DNA from: Smithella sp.
Lineage (GTDB): Bacteria; Desulfobacterota; Syntrophia; Syntrophales; Smithellaceae
Length of the DNA stretch: 64,000 bases
Assembly (NCBI GenBank): GCA_018056685.1
Contig: JAGPFC010000001.1
Coordinates: 239,924-303,923 of the forward strand
Direction: 5' to 3'
Below the pieces are notes generated by a model, which ran no database searches, was not told the DNA's origin, and was given only the letters and a program-made list of their open reading frames with translations. Positions 46,337-56,838 of this stretch are shown here, piece by piece (position 1 is the first letter of the stretch; each line of letters starts with the position of its first letter). The translations under genes and the position numbers were made by a program.

Positions 46337-47167
46337 ATGAACTTTGATGATTTTTTTTGCAGCATACCCCGTCCTGAAAAGGCCCTGATGCTTCAGGACA
46401 TGAATGCTCTCAAGAAAATTTTCACACCGGTGAATCTGCTGCGGGCAATATTATGTTTTGTGTTGTTCTATTTAATCTTTTTACTGGCGGCGCATTTTTC
46501 CTGGTGGATTTTAATCGAAAAGGCCCGCATAGAAATCAAATCTCTGGATGCCCGGTCCTGGCCAAAATTCATTGTTGCTTTTGTTTTATTCTTTGCACCC
46601 CTGATCTATATTTTTTGCAGTCTGCTGAACAAAAAATTTATAGTCATTCAGTTACCCAAACTTGTCCTTTATATGGGCGCCACTTTTTTCGGAGCGATGT
46701 GGTATGAAATCATTCTGGACACTTTTTTTGTAAAGGTTTCCGGACAACCGGGATGGCTTTACAAAATCTGGCCGATGTATCACGGTTATACCTCCGGCGT
46801 GGGCATGGTGATGTGGCCGCTCTACGGATTTTTTATCTATTGCATGAACAGCGCCATCGAAACGAATCCCAAATTCATCAATTTGAATAACGGATCAGCC
46901 AAGGCTTTTCTTTTCGCGATCGATGCCATGGCGCTGGAGATTCTGGTCAACTGCTTTTCAATCGTGTTTTTCCACACCTATCTTTTTTATTATCTGCCCG
47001 GCGATCTGATGCACTTTACAACCATTCAGATTTTTATTCCTTATTTGTTCGCGTGCAGTCTGGGCGCGGCGTTTTCATGGTTTCTCAACAGTTTGAAAAA
47101 AAATCACTTCATGATCGGCCTCACTTTTTATCTGGCCGGCGTCGTGAGTCTGCTTTGGATCGGATAA
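46337..47167 (+). CDS. multi-pass membrane protein, unknown function
   Basis: About 7 hydrophobic helices and no recognisable motif. Confidence 0.45.
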   Translation: MNFDDFFCSIPRPEKALMLQDMNALKKIFTPVNLLRAILCFVLFYLIFLLAAHFSWWILIEKARIEIKSLDARSWPKFIVAFVLFFAPLIYIFCSLLNKKFIVIQLPKLVLYMGATFFGAMWYEIILDTFFVKVSGQPGWLYKIWPMYHGYTSGVGMVMWPLYGFFIYCMNSAIETNPKFINLNNGSAKAFLFAIDAMALEILVNCFSIVFFHTYLFYYLPGDLMHFTTIQIFIPYLFACSLGAAFSWFLNSLKKNHFMIGLTFYLAGVVSLLWIG

Positions 47168-47197
47168 TCCTTTAAAAAAGTGTAACGCGAAAAAAAT

Positions 47198-47225
47198 CAG
47201 GTTCTTAAAATGAATTAAGAACCTG
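47198..47225. terminator. bidirectional terminator between convergent genes
   Basis: caggttcttaa-N6-ttaagaacctg (11-bp stem) with A/T-rich flanks. Confidence 0.65.
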
Positions 47226-47264
47226 AAAAGATTGAAAAGTGATTTCCGTTTGTCCAGATTTTAA

Positions 47265-47978
47265 TTACCGGCATTCGGTGCAGATTTTAAGCTCTTCCAA
47301 CGGCGTTCCGGTTTTCTTGCTGATGAATTTTAATTGATCTACCGGCGCGAAGAATTTGCCGCATTTTGTGCAGGCCTGCATCTTGAAGGTACGACCCCAG
47401 ATTTTGCGCTTGTCTTCAGTAGAGGTCATTTCGATATGGCCGGTGGGGCAGACATAAACGCACGCGCCGCAACCGATACAGACATCCGATTTTTCATTGT
47501 AGGGCGTGCCGACGGTTTTATGAGGTCCTCGGGCGAAAAGACCGATGGCACTGACGCCGACAACTTCTTCACAAACACGGACACAGGAACGGCATAAGAT
47601 ACATTTGCCTTTGTCGGTATCGGCAACAAATCGGGACTGGGGTTCGACACCAAGTTCTTTGGCCAGTTTCTGCAGAACATCCGATTCGGGACAGCGCGCC
47701 AGCAGCAGTTCCATGACCAGACGCCGCACATTCAGCACGCGGTCGCTTTTGGTATTGACAACCAGGCCGTCCTCGACACCATAGAGACAGGAGGTAACGA
47801 TTCTGGTCCGGTTTCCTTTTTTAATTTCCACCACGCACAAACGGCATGCGCCGGAACGGCTGACAGCCTCATGCGCGCACAGCGTGGGTATTGATATGCC
47901 CGCGCCACGAATGGCTTCCAAAAGCATTGTCCCTTTCGGCGCCGATATATTTTTTCCATCAACAGTCAGATTTACCAT
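47265..47978 (-). CDS. NuoG-N-terminal-like iron-sulfur protein (2Fe-2S plus 4Fe-4S clusters, no catalytic domain), HydC-like
   Basis: ..IPTLCAHEAVSRSGACRLCVVEI.. (2Fe-2S), CILCRSCVRVCEE, CIGCGACVYVCP. Confidence 0.75.
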   Translation of the reverse strand: MVNLTVDGKNISAPKGTMLLEAIRGAGISIPTLCAHEAVSRSGACRLCVVEIKKGNRTRIVTSCLYGVEDGLVVNTKSDRVLNVRRLVMELLLARCPESDVLQKLAKELGVEPQSRFVADTDKGKCILCRSCVRVCEEVVGVSAIGLFARGPHKTVGTPYNEKSDVCIGCGACVYVCPTGHIEMTSTEDKRKIWGRTFKMQACTKCGKFFAPVDQLKFISKKTGTPLEELKICTECR

Positions 47979-47992
47979 GGTTTATCCTACCT

Positions 47993-49837
47993 TTATTTCA
48001 CAATGATTGAATCAAATTTGCAGCTTTCGATACAGGCACCGCAACGGGTGCATTTTTTGTCATCAATTACATGAGCTTTCTTCTTTTCACCGGTAATGGC
48101 CTGAACTGGACATACCTTGATACAGGCGCCGCAGCCGGTACATTTTTCCGCATCGATGCTGTAGGTTATCAGTGCCTTGCAGACACCGGCCGGACAACGG
48201 TGTTCTTTGATGTGGGATTCATACTCATGCCGGAAATATTTAATGGTGCTCAAGACCGGGTTGGGAGCGCTGCCGCCCAGCGCGCAAAGCGAACCGTCCG
48301 CCACGCCGGTGGCTATTTTTTCCAGGAGTTCGACATCTCCCTCCTGACCTTTGCCGGCGCAGATATCATCGAGAATTTCCTTCATCCGGCGAACACCTTC
48401 ACGACAGGGAACGCACTTACCGCAGGATTCCTCTTCCAAAAAGGTGGTAAAATATCTGGCGACGTCCACCATACAGGACGTGTCATCCATAACAATCATA
48501 CCGCCGGAACCCATCATGGAACCGACTTCGTAGAGTTTGTCGAAATCGACCGGCAAATCGAGCAGGCTTTCCGGAATACATCCGCCGGAAGGACCGCCGG
48601 TCTGAACAGCTTTGAACTTGCGTCCCTTGGGAATGCCGCCGCCCATATCGTAGATGATTTCGTACAGGGTTGTGCCCATGGGCACTTCAATGAGGCCGGT
48701 GTTGTTGATCTTGCCCACCAGCGAGAATATCTTGGTGCCCTTGGAACCTTCCGTGCCGATGGAAGCGTACCAGTCCGCCCCCTTGTTAATGATCAGAGGA
48801 ACATTGGCCCATGTTTCCACGTTGTTGAGCACGGTGGGTTTATCATAAAGTCCTTTTTCCACGGCATGAACATACTTGGCGCGCGGTTCACCGGCACGTC
48901 CTTCAATCGAAGCAAACAATGCGGATGATTCACCGCAGACAAACGCGCCGGCTCCTTTATTAATCTTGATATCAAATGAAAAATCAGTGCCCAGAATGTT
49001 TTTACCCAGAAGGCCTCTTTCTCTCGCGGCTTCAATGGCCAGCGTCAGATGCGTCACCGCCAGTGGATATTCGTTTCTGACGTAAATATAACCCTGACTG
49101 GATCCGACAGCGTAAGCACCGATAATCATTCCTTCGATCACACTGTGCGGATTGCCTTCCATCAAACTTCTGTCCATGTAGGCGCCGGGGTCGCCTTCGT
49201 CACCGTTGGCAATGACATACTTGGGATCGCCGTGTGCCTTGCGTACGCCTTCCCATTTGACCGCGGCATGGAATCCGCCGCCGCCACGACCGCGCAATCC
49301 CGCCTTTTTCACTTCGTTGATGACCTGCTCCGGTGTCATTTCGGAAAGAATCTTGGCCAGTGCCTGATAGCCTTCAATCGCCAGGTAATCGTCAATTTTG
49401 GTCGGATCGATCATGCCGTTTTTGCCGAACACGACGCGCATCTGCTTTTTATAGAACGGTAAATCTTCTTCTCTGAACAGAGTCTTTTGCGTTTCGGGAT
49501 GACGATAGAATAACCGACTGATCACTTCGCCTTTGGCCACGGTCTTGGAAACGATTTCCGGCACATCTTCGACTTTTACGGACTGATAAAAATATTTATG
49601 GGGATGGATGACGGTCATGGGACCTTTTTCGCAAAAGCCCAGGCAGCCGGTCGCCACGACCTCTGCCTTTATGTTCTGTTTTTGCAGTTCGGCCTCGAGT
49701 GCCTTTTTTACCTTGAGACTGCCGTATGCGCGACAGCCGGTGCCGGCACAAACCGTGATCACATTTTTCTTGGGATCGTACTTTAACCTTGTCTCTTCTA
49801 TAACCTGGTGGGCTTGAACATCCTGATTTTCTTCCAT
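47993..49837 (-). CDS. NuoF-like NADH-binding FMN/Fe-S flavoprotein with an N-terminal thioredoxin-like 2Fe-2S domain and C-terminal 2x[4Fe-4S] (HydB/HndC type)
   Basis: [33 protein letters not shown]-terminal [12 protein letters not shown] and [11 protein letters not shown]. Confidence 0.85.
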   Translation of the reverse strand: MEENQDVQAHQVIEETRLKYDPKKNVITVCAGTGCRAYGSLKVKKALEAELQKQNIKAEVVATGCLGFCEKGPMTVIHPHKYFYQSVKVEDVPEIVSKTVAKGEVISRLFYRHPETQKTLFREEDLPFYKKQMRVVFGKNGMIDPTKIDDYLAIEGYQALAKILSEMTPEQVINEVKKAGLRGRGGGGFHAAVKWEGVRKAHGDPKYVIANGDEGDPGAYMDRSLMEGNPHSVIEGMIIGAYAVGSSQGYIYVRNEYPLAVTHLTLAIEAARERGLLGKNILGTDFSFDIKINKGAGAFVCGESSALFASIEGRAGEPRAKYVHAVEKGLYDKPTVLNNVETWANVPLIINKGADWYASIGTEGSKGTKIFSLVGKINNTGLIEVPMGTTLYEIIYDMGGGIPKGRKFKAVQTGGPSGGCIPESLLDLPVDFDKLYEVGSMMGSGGMIVMDDTSCMVDVARYFTTFLEEESCGKCVPCREGVRRMKEILDDICAGKGQEGDVELLEKIATGVADGSLCALGGSAPNPVLSTIKYFRHEYESHIKEHRCPAGVCKALITYSIDAEKCTGCGACIKVCPVQAITGEKKKAHVIDDKKCTRCGACIESCKFDSIIVK

Positions 49838-50319
49838 TACTGTGCCCCCTCTTTGTTGATGTTATCTATGATTTTATCTATTTTTTTCATGGTGACCTGT
49901 CCGTGATAATCGGTGTTAATGACCACTACGGGCCCTAGCGCGCAAGCACCCACGCAGTTGACGGTTTCCAGTGAAAATTTATTATCCTTCGTGGTTTCAC
50001 CCGGTTTGATACCCAGCGTGCGTTCGAATTTGTCCTGCAGAGCGGCAGCGCCACGCACATGACAGGCGGTTCCCATACAGATTTTGACAATATTCTTACC
50101 GCGCGGTTTCAAACTGAAAGCGGTGTAAAAAGTGGCCGCCTCATACACCCGGCTGAAAGGAACGTTCATGGCTTTAGCCGCTGTTTTCAAGGCTTCTTTC
50201 GGCAGGTAATTAAAGGCTTCCTGAATATCCTGCAACACGGCAATCATTCCACTCTTGCTGTTGCCGTATTTTTTCACGATTTGTTTTGTTTTTGCTGCAA
50301 CGCTGATGGCTTTCGTCAT
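49837..50319 (-). CDS. NuoE-like 2Fe-2S thioredoxin-fold subunit (HydA/HndA type)
   Basis: ..[11 protein letters not shown]...[11 protein letters not shown].. Confidence 0.85.
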   Translation of the reverse strand: MTKAISVAAKTKQIVKKYGNSKSGMIAVLQDIQEAFNYLPKEALKTAAKAMNVPFSRVYEAATFYTAFSLKPRGKNIVKICMGTACHVRGAAALQDKFERTLGIKPGETTKDNKFSLETVNCVGACALGPVVVINTDYHGQVTMKKIDKIIDNINKEGAQ

Positions 50320-50399
50320 TCTTTTTTCACCTCGGTCTTCTTTAAAAACTTTTTCTTTTATCCCGTTAAAAATATTTAGTGTCGAAATACCCGGCCGAT

Positions 50400-51353
50400 T
50401 TATACATTACCGGTCTTCAGAAACTTCGCCTTTTCCTTGAGTTTGTTAAATTCGGTGGTCACCTTCTCCTGAATCTTATCAATATCTTCAGCGCTCAAAT
50501 GGCGGAAACGCCCCTGTCCTTTGAAATAATCTTTAATCGGTTTCAATTTCTTGGGCATATCAGGAGATAGACGATAGTGTCCGTTTTCCACTTCATAAAG
50601 AGGAAATACTCCCGTTTCTACAGCCAGCCGCCCCATGGATACCGCCATGTGTGAAGGACAGCGCCAGCCGGTCGGGCAAACCGAGAAGCAGTGAATATAG
50701 GATGGGCCCTTGATGCTCTTGGCCTTTTCCACCTTGCGGATGAAATCCAGCGGATAGCTGGGGCAGGCTGTCGCCACGTAAGGAATATTATGGGCCACCA
50801 TGATTTCCGGCATGTTCTTTTTCCATGTTTTCTGGCCGATGCTGACCTTCCCTGCCGGAGCCGTGGTGGTGGACGCGCCCATCGGTGTACCGCTGGAGCG
50901 CTGAATGCCGGTGTTCATGTACGCCTCGTTATCGAAACAGACGTAAATCATGTCATGGCCACGTTCCATCGCGCCGGACAGAGCCTGAAAACCGATATCC
51001 ATCGTGCCGCCGTCGCCGGCCATTCCAACGACCTTGACATAGCGGTCATCCACTTTTCCTTTTTTCCGCAATGCCTTGATACCGGCTTCCACACCGGAGG
51101 CCACGGCCGCTGCATTTTCAAAGGCAACGTGAATCCAGGGGACACGCCATGCTGTTGTCGGAAACATACTGGAAATAATTTCCATGCAACCGGTCGCGGA
51201 AGCGATGACGGTATTGTCGCCCAGAGCTTTCGCCATTAATCGCACAGCCAGAACTTCGGCGCAGCCGGAGCAGGCGCGATGACCGGGTGACAGCAATTCT
51301 TTCTTATTAATCAGCCGCGGAGCAAATAAATCAAAATTTTCTACGATACTCAT
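50400..51353 (-). CDS. 2-oxoacid:ferredoxin oxidoreductase beta subunit (TPP-binding)
   Basis: ..PGHRACSGCAE.. and ..GMAGDGGTMDIGFQALSGA... The start MSIVEN overlaps the alpha stop (TAATG). Confidence 0.85.
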   Translation of the reverse strand: MSIVENFDLFAPRLINKKELLSPGHRACSGCAEVLAVRLMAKALGDNTVIASATGCMEIISSMFPTTAWRVPWIHVAFENAAAVASGVEAGIKALRKKGKVDDRYVKVVGMAGDGGTMDIGFQALSGAMERGHDMIYVCFDNEAYMNTGIQRSSGTPMGASTTTAPAGKVSIGQKTWKKNMPEIMVAHNIPYVATACPSYPLDFIRKVEKAKSIKGPSYIHCFSVCPTGWRCPSHMAVSMGRLAVETGVFPLYEVENGHYRLSPDMPKKLKPIKDYFKGQGRFRHLSAEDIDKIQEKVTTEFNKLKEKAKFLKTGNV

Positions 51354-52528
51354 TATTCTCTCACTCCCCAAAATTCATAGGTGTCTGCCAGTTTGTTGGC
51401 TGTATCTCCCATAACCTTCTCAAACATGCCGGTAAAATCGTTCACGGGAACGTCACGTCCACCCAGCCCGTAAATATAATTGTAAATCAAAGGACGCTGA
51501 GCTTCGGCGTACATGGCCGACTTGATTTCCGAAAAAACCGGACCACCGGGACCTCCGAACGAACAGGCGCGGTCGGTCACAATCAATTTTTTCGCGTTTT
51601 TAACGGCAGCCTTAAGTTCCTCGAATGGGAAAGGACGCCATAATCTCAATTTCACCAGACCGGCTTTCATGCCCTGGGCGCGGAGTTGATCTATGGCCAT
51701 CTGCGCTGTTTCGCCCATGGAGCCCATGGTCAGCATCAGGACTTCCGCATCCTCGGCTTTGTAGGTTTCTACCAGCTTGTAGTTGCGGCCGAACATTTTG
51801 CCCCATTCTTCCCAGACGTCCACAATGACTTTCTTGGAATTTTTCAGCGCTTCATCCTTGGCTTTCATGATTTCGGCGAAATAATCGGACATGGCAAAAG
51901 CGCCCATCGTCACCGGTCTTGCCGGATGCAGCGTGGCGTGAGGCACAAACGGCGGCAGGAATTTATCGACTTCTTCCTGAGAGGGCATTTCAAAAGGCTC
52001 CACCATGTGTGTTAATTGAAAACCGTCGATATTGACATTCACCGGCAGCATGACATCCTTATGCTCGGCAATCTTGAAAGCGATGATCGACATGTCGATC
52101 GCTTCCTGTCCGTTTTCCACGAAAATGGAAATCCAGCCGGAGTCACGCTGCGGCATAATATCGGAATGATCATTTAAAATATTCAAAGGACCGGATACCG
52201 CGCGATTGGCAATGGCCATGCAAATCGGCAGGCGCATCGCCGAAGCGATCGGCAGAAGTTCATGCATCAGCATCAGTCCCTGCGAACTGGTTGCCGTGAA
52301 AGAACGAGCGCCCGCGCCGGAGGCACCGATGACCGCGCTCATGGCTGAATGTTCGGATTCCACGGTCACGAATTCCGCGTCAATGTGGCCGTCGGCCACC
52401 AGGTCCGAGAGATGTTCCGCGATATGCGACTGGGGGGTAATAGGATAAACGGCCGCCATATCAATGTTGCACAATCCTACGGCTTCCGCCACGGCAACTG
52501 CCACTTCCATTCCAATGCGTTTGCCCAT
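51353..52528 (-). CDS. 2-oxoacid:ferredoxin oxidoreductase alpha subunit
   Basis: ..AAVYPITPQSHI.E......VESEHSAMSA.IGAS.AGAR.FTATSSQGL..M.E. Confidence 0.85.
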   Translation of the reverse strand: MGKRIGMEVAVAVAEAVGLCNIDMAAVYPITPQSHIAEHLSDLVADGHIDAEFVTVESEHSAMSAVIGASGAGARSFTATSSQGLMLMHELLPIASAMRLPICMAIANRAVSGPLNILNDHSDIMPQRDSGWISIFVENGQEAIDMSIIAFKIAEHKDVMLPVNVNIDGFQLTHMVEPFEMPSQEEVDKFLPPFVPHATLHPARPVTMGAFAMSDYFAEIMKAKDEALKNSKKVIVDVWEEWGKMFGRNYKLVETYKAEDAEVLMLTMGSMGETAQMAIDQLRAQGMKAGLVKLRLWRPFPFEELKAAVKNAKKLIVTDRACSFGGPGGPVFSEIKSAMYAEAQRPLIYNYIYGLGGRDVPVNDFTGMFEKVMGDTANKLADTYEFWGVRE

Positions 52529-52529
52529 A

Positions 52530-52808
52530 CTATTCCTCCTCCTTCATCGCGATCGCCTTCGGCCAGCACTCATGCGCGCAGATGCCGCAGCCTTTGCAAT
52601 AATCCATGTCCGCCTGAAAGAAACCGTCCTCGGTCTGCTGCACGCAACCTTCCGGACAAAAAACATAACAGATGCCGCATTTAATGCATTTCTGATTGTC
52701 CCAGACAGGACGCTGAGACCGCCAGCTTCCGGTATGATATTCACTGGCGCTTCCCGGTTCAAAAACAACACAGCCGATGGGAAGTTCTTTCCATGTTTTT
52801 AATGCCAT
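52530..52808 (-). CDS. 2-oxoacid:ferredoxin oxidoreductase delta subunit (2x[4Fe-4S] ferredoxin)
   Basis: CIKCGICYVFCP and CKGCGICAHEC. Confidence 0.8.
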   Translation of the reverse strand: MALKTWKELPIGCVVFEPGSASEYHTGSWRSQRPVWDNQKCIKCGICYVFCPEGCVQQTEDGFFQADMDYCKGCGICAHECWPKAIAMKEEE

Positions 52809-52821
52809 TTGGATATACCTC

Positions 52822-53370
52822 TTAATTGCTTATTTTAATTTCGTCGTAAGCCCGTTTCATCGCATTGAGATTCTTCTGGGCGATTCTTCCGAAACGATGT
52901 TCTATAGATTCCTTCATTGCATCCAGTCCCATGATTCCGGTAACCTTAAGCAGTGCGCCGATCATCGTGGTATTGGCAATGGGCACTCCCATTTCTTTGC
53001 GGGCAATGCCGGTACCGTCAACAATGGCCAACGTTCCCTTGTAATCCAGCGCCTTGCGGATTTCTTCCTCGGTTTTGTGCGTATTAACGATCAATTTACC
53101 GCCCGGTTTCAAGCCGTCGAGAACATTGACCAGACCAATCAAACTGGAATCGAGCACCAGGACCACATCCGGCTCATAGATACCTGAACGGACGTTGATT
53201 TTTTCATCCGCGACACGGGTGAACGCCGCCACAGGCGCGCCTCTTCGTTCCGGACCGAAACTGGGAAAACCCTGAGCGTATTTCCCAGCGGCTATAGCTG
53301 CCACTGCCAGCAACTCCACCGAAGTCACCGCTCCCTGACCACCGCGTCCATGCCATCTAACTTCTATCAT
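52822..53370 (-). CDS. 2-oxoacid:ferredoxin oxidoreductase gamma subunit
   Basis: MIEVRWHGRGGQGAVT....LA.AA...GKYAQ.FPSFGPERRGAPV. Confidence 0.85.
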   Translation of the reverse strand: MIEVRWHGRGGQGAVTSVELLAVAAIAAGKYAQGFPSFGPERRGAPVAAFTRVADEKINVRSGIYEPDVVLVLDSSLIGLVNVLDGLKPGGKLIVNTHKTEEEIRKALDYKGTLAIVDGTGIARKEMGVPIANTTMIGALLKVTGIMGLDAMKESIEHRFGRIAQKNLNAMKRAYDEIKISN

Positions 53371-53410
53371 TTATCTTCATCTCCTTAGTGATGTTACAAA
53401 AAGACTGTGA

Positions 53411-53439
53411 TTCATAATATAGAAGCAAATTTCAGTCAA
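53411..53439 (-). promoter_or_regulatory. candidate sigma-70 promoter of the OFOR operon (TTGACT-N17-TATGAA on the minus strand)
   Basis: agtcaa at 53434-53439 and ttcata at 53411-53416. Confidence 0.35.
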
Positions 53440-53468
53440 CAAATTTTCGCGATTGTTAAAATGATTAG

Positions 53469-54029
53469 TTATATTGATGGGATACGCCAAGTTTGTTTTG
53501 CCAAGACATAGAGATCATTTCCCTGATAATCGTTGATAACCACGAGAGGTAAATCTATAATTGTCAGTTTTCTTATCGCTTCCGGTCCCAAGTCTTCATA
53601 GGCAATCATTTCCACATTTTTAACGCATTGAGACATCAAAGCGGCCATTCCGCCGATGGCTCCGAAATAAACTGCTTTATGCTTCTTGATGGCTTCCACA
53701 ACCTCCGGTGAACGATTTCCCTTGCCGATCATTGCCCGAAGGCCGGCTTCAATTAATTTCGGAGTAAAAGAATCCATCCGGTAACTGGTGGTGGGACCGA
53801 TGGAGCCGATGACTTTTTTCGGCGGTGTAGGTGACGGCGCCGCGTAAAAGACAACGGCCTGCGATAAATCAATGGGTAATTTCTCGCCTTTGAGCAGAGA
53901 TTCATACAAACGCCTGTGCGCGACATCACGCGCCGTATAAATTTCGCCGCTTAAAAAAACCATATCACCGGCATGAAGCGACGTGATAACTTCTTCAGTT
54001 AGAGGTGTTTTAATCTTTTGTGTTTCCAT
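53469..54029 (-). CDS. class I (Fe-S) fumarate hydratase / hydro-lyase, beta (C-terminal domain) subunit
   Basis: ..GDMVFLSGEIYTARD.AH.R........P.DL...V.YY.GP....G..IGS.GPTTS.RMD. Confidence 0.8.
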   Translation of the reverse strand: METQKIKTPLTEEVITSLHAGDMVFLSGEIYTARDVAHRRLYESLLKGEKLPIDLSQAVVFYAAPSPTPPKKVIGSIGPTTSYRMDSFTPKLIEAGLRAMIGKGNRSPEVVEAIKKHKAVYFGAIGGMAALMSQCVKNVEMIAYEDLGPEAIRKLTIIDLPLVVINDYQGNDLYVLAKQTWRIPSI

Positions 54030-54061
54030 TTAATTAAGTGTCCTCGAAAAACTCGTTTTCG

Positions 54062-54340
54062 CTATGCTGCCTTTTGTATTTCTTTTCCTTCGTATTCCGG
54101 AAACATGATGATCGCGGGATGAATATCAAATGCTTTTGCTATTTGTTCCACACGCCTTTTTCCTATCTCCACCCGATTATTTTCCAAAAGGCTGATATTC
54201 GTCGCACTGATTCCGCAACGGTTTGCAAGTTCGGTCTGGGTCCAACCCTTTAATTCACGAAGCATACGAATGACCTCACCAGTCGTCAATCTGGCATGCG
54301 GTTTTGCCGGAACAAATTCACTTTTTTTGCTCGTTTTCAT
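54062..54340 (-). CDS. XRE-family HTH antitoxin
   Basis: ..LRELKGWTQTELANRCGISATNISLLENNR.. Confidence 0.75.
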   Translation of the reverse strand: MKTSKKSEFVPAKPHARLTTGEVIRMLRELKGWTQTELANRCGISATNISLLENNRVEIGKRRVEQIAKAFDIHPAIIMFPEYEGKEIQKAA

Positions 54341-54416
54341 AAATCCTCCTAATCCCGATTAACGGGATAAGTATTTTAATGAATTTGTTTTATTGCATAA
54401 AACAAATTCTAACTTA

Positions 54417-54689
54417 CTAATACTCGTGCGGCGTTATTTCCAAAACAAGAACCGTAACCATTTCCTTCTCTACGGTATAAATAACCCGGTATTTCAAACT
54501 CAATCGCGATGAGCGCTGCCCTTCGCGTTTTCCCGTCAGTTTTTCGTCGTGAAACCCCTGAAACTCTCTTAGCTTTTCCGGTCCATGGCGGAAAACAATA
54601 TCCTTCCACAGTTCGTATTTCTTAACAGCGGTTTCAGGCAACTTGCGGCATGTTTTTTCTATATCGCGATGTTCTTTAATATACCACAT
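54417..54689 (-). CDS. RelE/ParE-superfamily toxin (toxin-first, HigB-like arrangement)
   Basis: ..GFHDEKLTGKREGQRSSRLSLKYRVIYTVEKEMVTVLVLEITPHEY. Confidence 0.7.
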   Translation of the reverse strand: MWYIKEHRDIEKTCRKLPETAVKKYELWKDIVFRHGPEKLREFQGFHDEKLTGKREGQRSSRLSLKYRVIYTVEKEMVTVLVLEITPHEY

Positions 54690-54854
54690 TATTAATTTTA
54701 ATAACCTATCAATTATAATAAGTCAAGACGAAACTTAAACGGCATTTAAAAGAGCTCTTTAATGGAAGAAACCGACGTGGTAGCGGGATATTCTAAAAAC
54801 GCCTGTTATTACAAAGACACCACACTAGTTTTTATATTATTATCTTTGTTTATT

Positions 54855-55745
54855 TTACAAAGTCGTCTCTTTGTGACGCGCGACGTGACACTGAATATTC
54901 ACCGCCACCGGAAGCGATGCTATATGACACGGCATCATTTCGATATGCACAGCCAGAGCGGTCACCCTACCGCCCAGCCCTGCGGGGCCGATACCCAGAT
55001 TGTTGATGCTTTCCAATAATTCTTTTTCGATCTTATCCGCGCGTTCGTCAACCCTGTTTTGTTCGCCCACCGGCCGCAAAAGCGCTTTTTTCGCCATTAC
55101 GCAGGCCTGTTCCAATGAGCCGCCGATACCCACGCCGACTATTATCGGCGGACAGGGATTGGCACCTGCGGCTTCCACTGTATCCAGAACAAATTTTTTA
55201 ATGCCGTCGATTCCCGCAGCTGGTGTCAGCATTTTCGCCGCGCTGCAGTTTTCGCTGCCGCCGCCCTTGGGCATGGCGATTATTTTCAAATGACTGCCGG
55301 CAACGATATCCACATGGATGATCGCGGGCAGATTGTTGGTGGTATTTTCCCGGGTAAAAGGATCGCAGACGGATTTGCGCAAATAGCCATCGGCGTAAGC
55401 CTGCCGCACACCTTCTTCAATGGCCGCGTGCAATTCTCCACCGGTAATGTGAACATCCTGGCCCATTTCGACAAAAACAACCGCAAGACCTGTATCCTGG
55501 CAGATGGGCATTTTCTTGCGGCGGGCGATACCGGCGTTCTCGATGATTTTTTGCAGAACCTGCTTACCGGTTTGAGATTCTTCTCTGGTAAGCGCTCGAT
55601 GCAACGCTTCGACAATGTCTTCACCCAAAGACGTATTGGCTTCGATAAAAAGCTTCTTTACCGCCTTGGTGACTTTATTTGCATTAATCCGCCGCAAAGT
55701 TGTTTTGGTTGTAATTTCTGTGTCCATAGGTTCTGTCCGTGCCAT
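54855..55745 (-). CDS. class I (Fe-S) fumarate hydratase / hydro-lyase, alpha (N-terminal domain) subunit
   Basis: ..PICQDTGLAVVF.E.GQDV......GGGSEN......CPP..VGVGIGG. Confidence 0.8.
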   Translation of the reverse strand: MARTEPMDTEITTKTTLRRINANKVTKAVKKLFIEANTSLGEDIVEALHRALTREESQTGKQVLQKIIENAGIARRKKMPICQDTGLAVVFVEMGQDVHITGGELHAAIEEGVRQAYADGYLRKSVCDPFTRENTTNNLPAIIHVDIVAGSHLKIIAMPKGGGSENCSAAKMLTPAAGIDGIKKFVLDTVEAAGANPCPPIIVGVGIGGSLEQACVMAKKALLRPVGEQNRVDERADKIEKELLESINNLGIGPAGLGGRVTALAVHIEMMPCHIASLPVAVNIQCHVARHKETTL

Positions 55746-55877
55746 TTCGAATGTAATGAGAAATTTTGTCTTTTAAGATTGCCACGCCGTCTGAGAGTCT
55801 GAGAGACGGCTCGCAATGACATTTTTAATCAGTACTAATGACGCGTCAAGAAGCGCAGCCCGGCGGATGCCGGGGCA

Positions 55878-56477
55878 TCACATGCCGCGACGGAATTCCA
55901 GTGACTTCGAAATTGTCATCTTATCGATATATTTCAAATCCCCACCCATGGGCACACCCATGGCAATACGCGTCAATTTGATATCCTTGTCTTTAAGCAG
56001 AGTTGTCAGCAATAAAGCGGTGGATTCGCCATGCACATTGGTATTAGTCGCGATAATGATTTCTTTAATATGGCCTTCATTAATCCGCAGGATTAGTTCT
56101 CCCAGACGCAGGTTATCCGGCCCGATGCCATCCAGAGGGGCCAGTGCTCCGTGCAGGACATGATAGGTTCCCTTGTAGCCGCCGGACTCCTCAATGGCTG
56201 CCAGCGCATCCGGATCCTCCACCACGCAAATCGTTTCTTGATCTCTGGATGTGTCGCGGCAGATGTAACAGGTCTCCTCTTCCGTCAGGTTCAGGCACGT
56301 CCGGCACAGCTTGATCTTTTTTTTGACTTCAACAATGCTCTGGGCCAGTTTGATTACCTCATCTTCCGTGGAGCGCAAAATATAATTAGCCAGCCGTGCG
56401 GCTGTCTTTTCACCGATACCCGGCAGCTTGCCCAGTTCAGCGATTAATTTCTTAATTGGTTGAGCGTATGCTTTCAT
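55878..56477 (-). CDS. recR: recombination protein RecR
   Basis: ..[13 protein letters not shown].. with zinc finger CRTC..C.IC and a Toprim domain. Confidence 0.9.
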   Translation of the reverse strand: MKAYAQPIKKLIAELGKLPGIGEKTAARLANYILRSTEDEVIKLAQSIVEVKKKIKLCRTCLNLTEEETCYICRDTSRDQETICVVEDPDALAAIEESGGYKGTYHVLHGALAPLDGIGPDNLRLGELILRINEGHIKEIIIATNTNVHGESTALLLTTLLKDKDIKLTRIAMGVPMGGDLKYIDKMTISKSLEFRRGM

Positions 56478-56495
56478 AAATCCGATCCGGCCGGT

Positions 56496-56804
56496 TTAGA
56501 AACCGGGAATATTCAATCCTCCCGTAATTTTGCCCATTTCCGAGGCGCTCATTTCCTGCGCCTTACGGATGCCCTCGTTGACGGCAGCAACAATTAAATC
56601 CTGGAGCATTTCCACATCTTCTGGATTGACCACTTCTTTTTCGATTTTCATCGAAACAACTTCATATTTACCATTGACGACTACGCTCACCATGCCGCCT
56701 CCGGCCTGAGCTTCAACGGTTTTTGTCTCCAGTTCCTTCTGCAGGTTGGCCATACGTTCCTGCATTTTTTTAGCCTGTTTCATGATGGTATTAAAATTTT
56801 GCAC
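56496..56804 (-). CDS. ybaB: YbaB/EbfC nucleoid-associated protein
   Basis: MQNFNTIMKQAKKMQERMANLQKEL...AGGGMV.V..NG. Confidence 0.9.
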   Translation of the reverse strand: MQNFNTIMKQAKKMQERMANLQKELETKTVEAQAGGGMVSVVVNGKYEVVSMKIEKEVVNPEDVEMLQDLIVAAVNEGIRKAQEMSASEMGKITGGLNIPGF

Positions 56805-56838
56805 CGTTTATCCTCCTGGTTTTGATGAATCTTTACAT

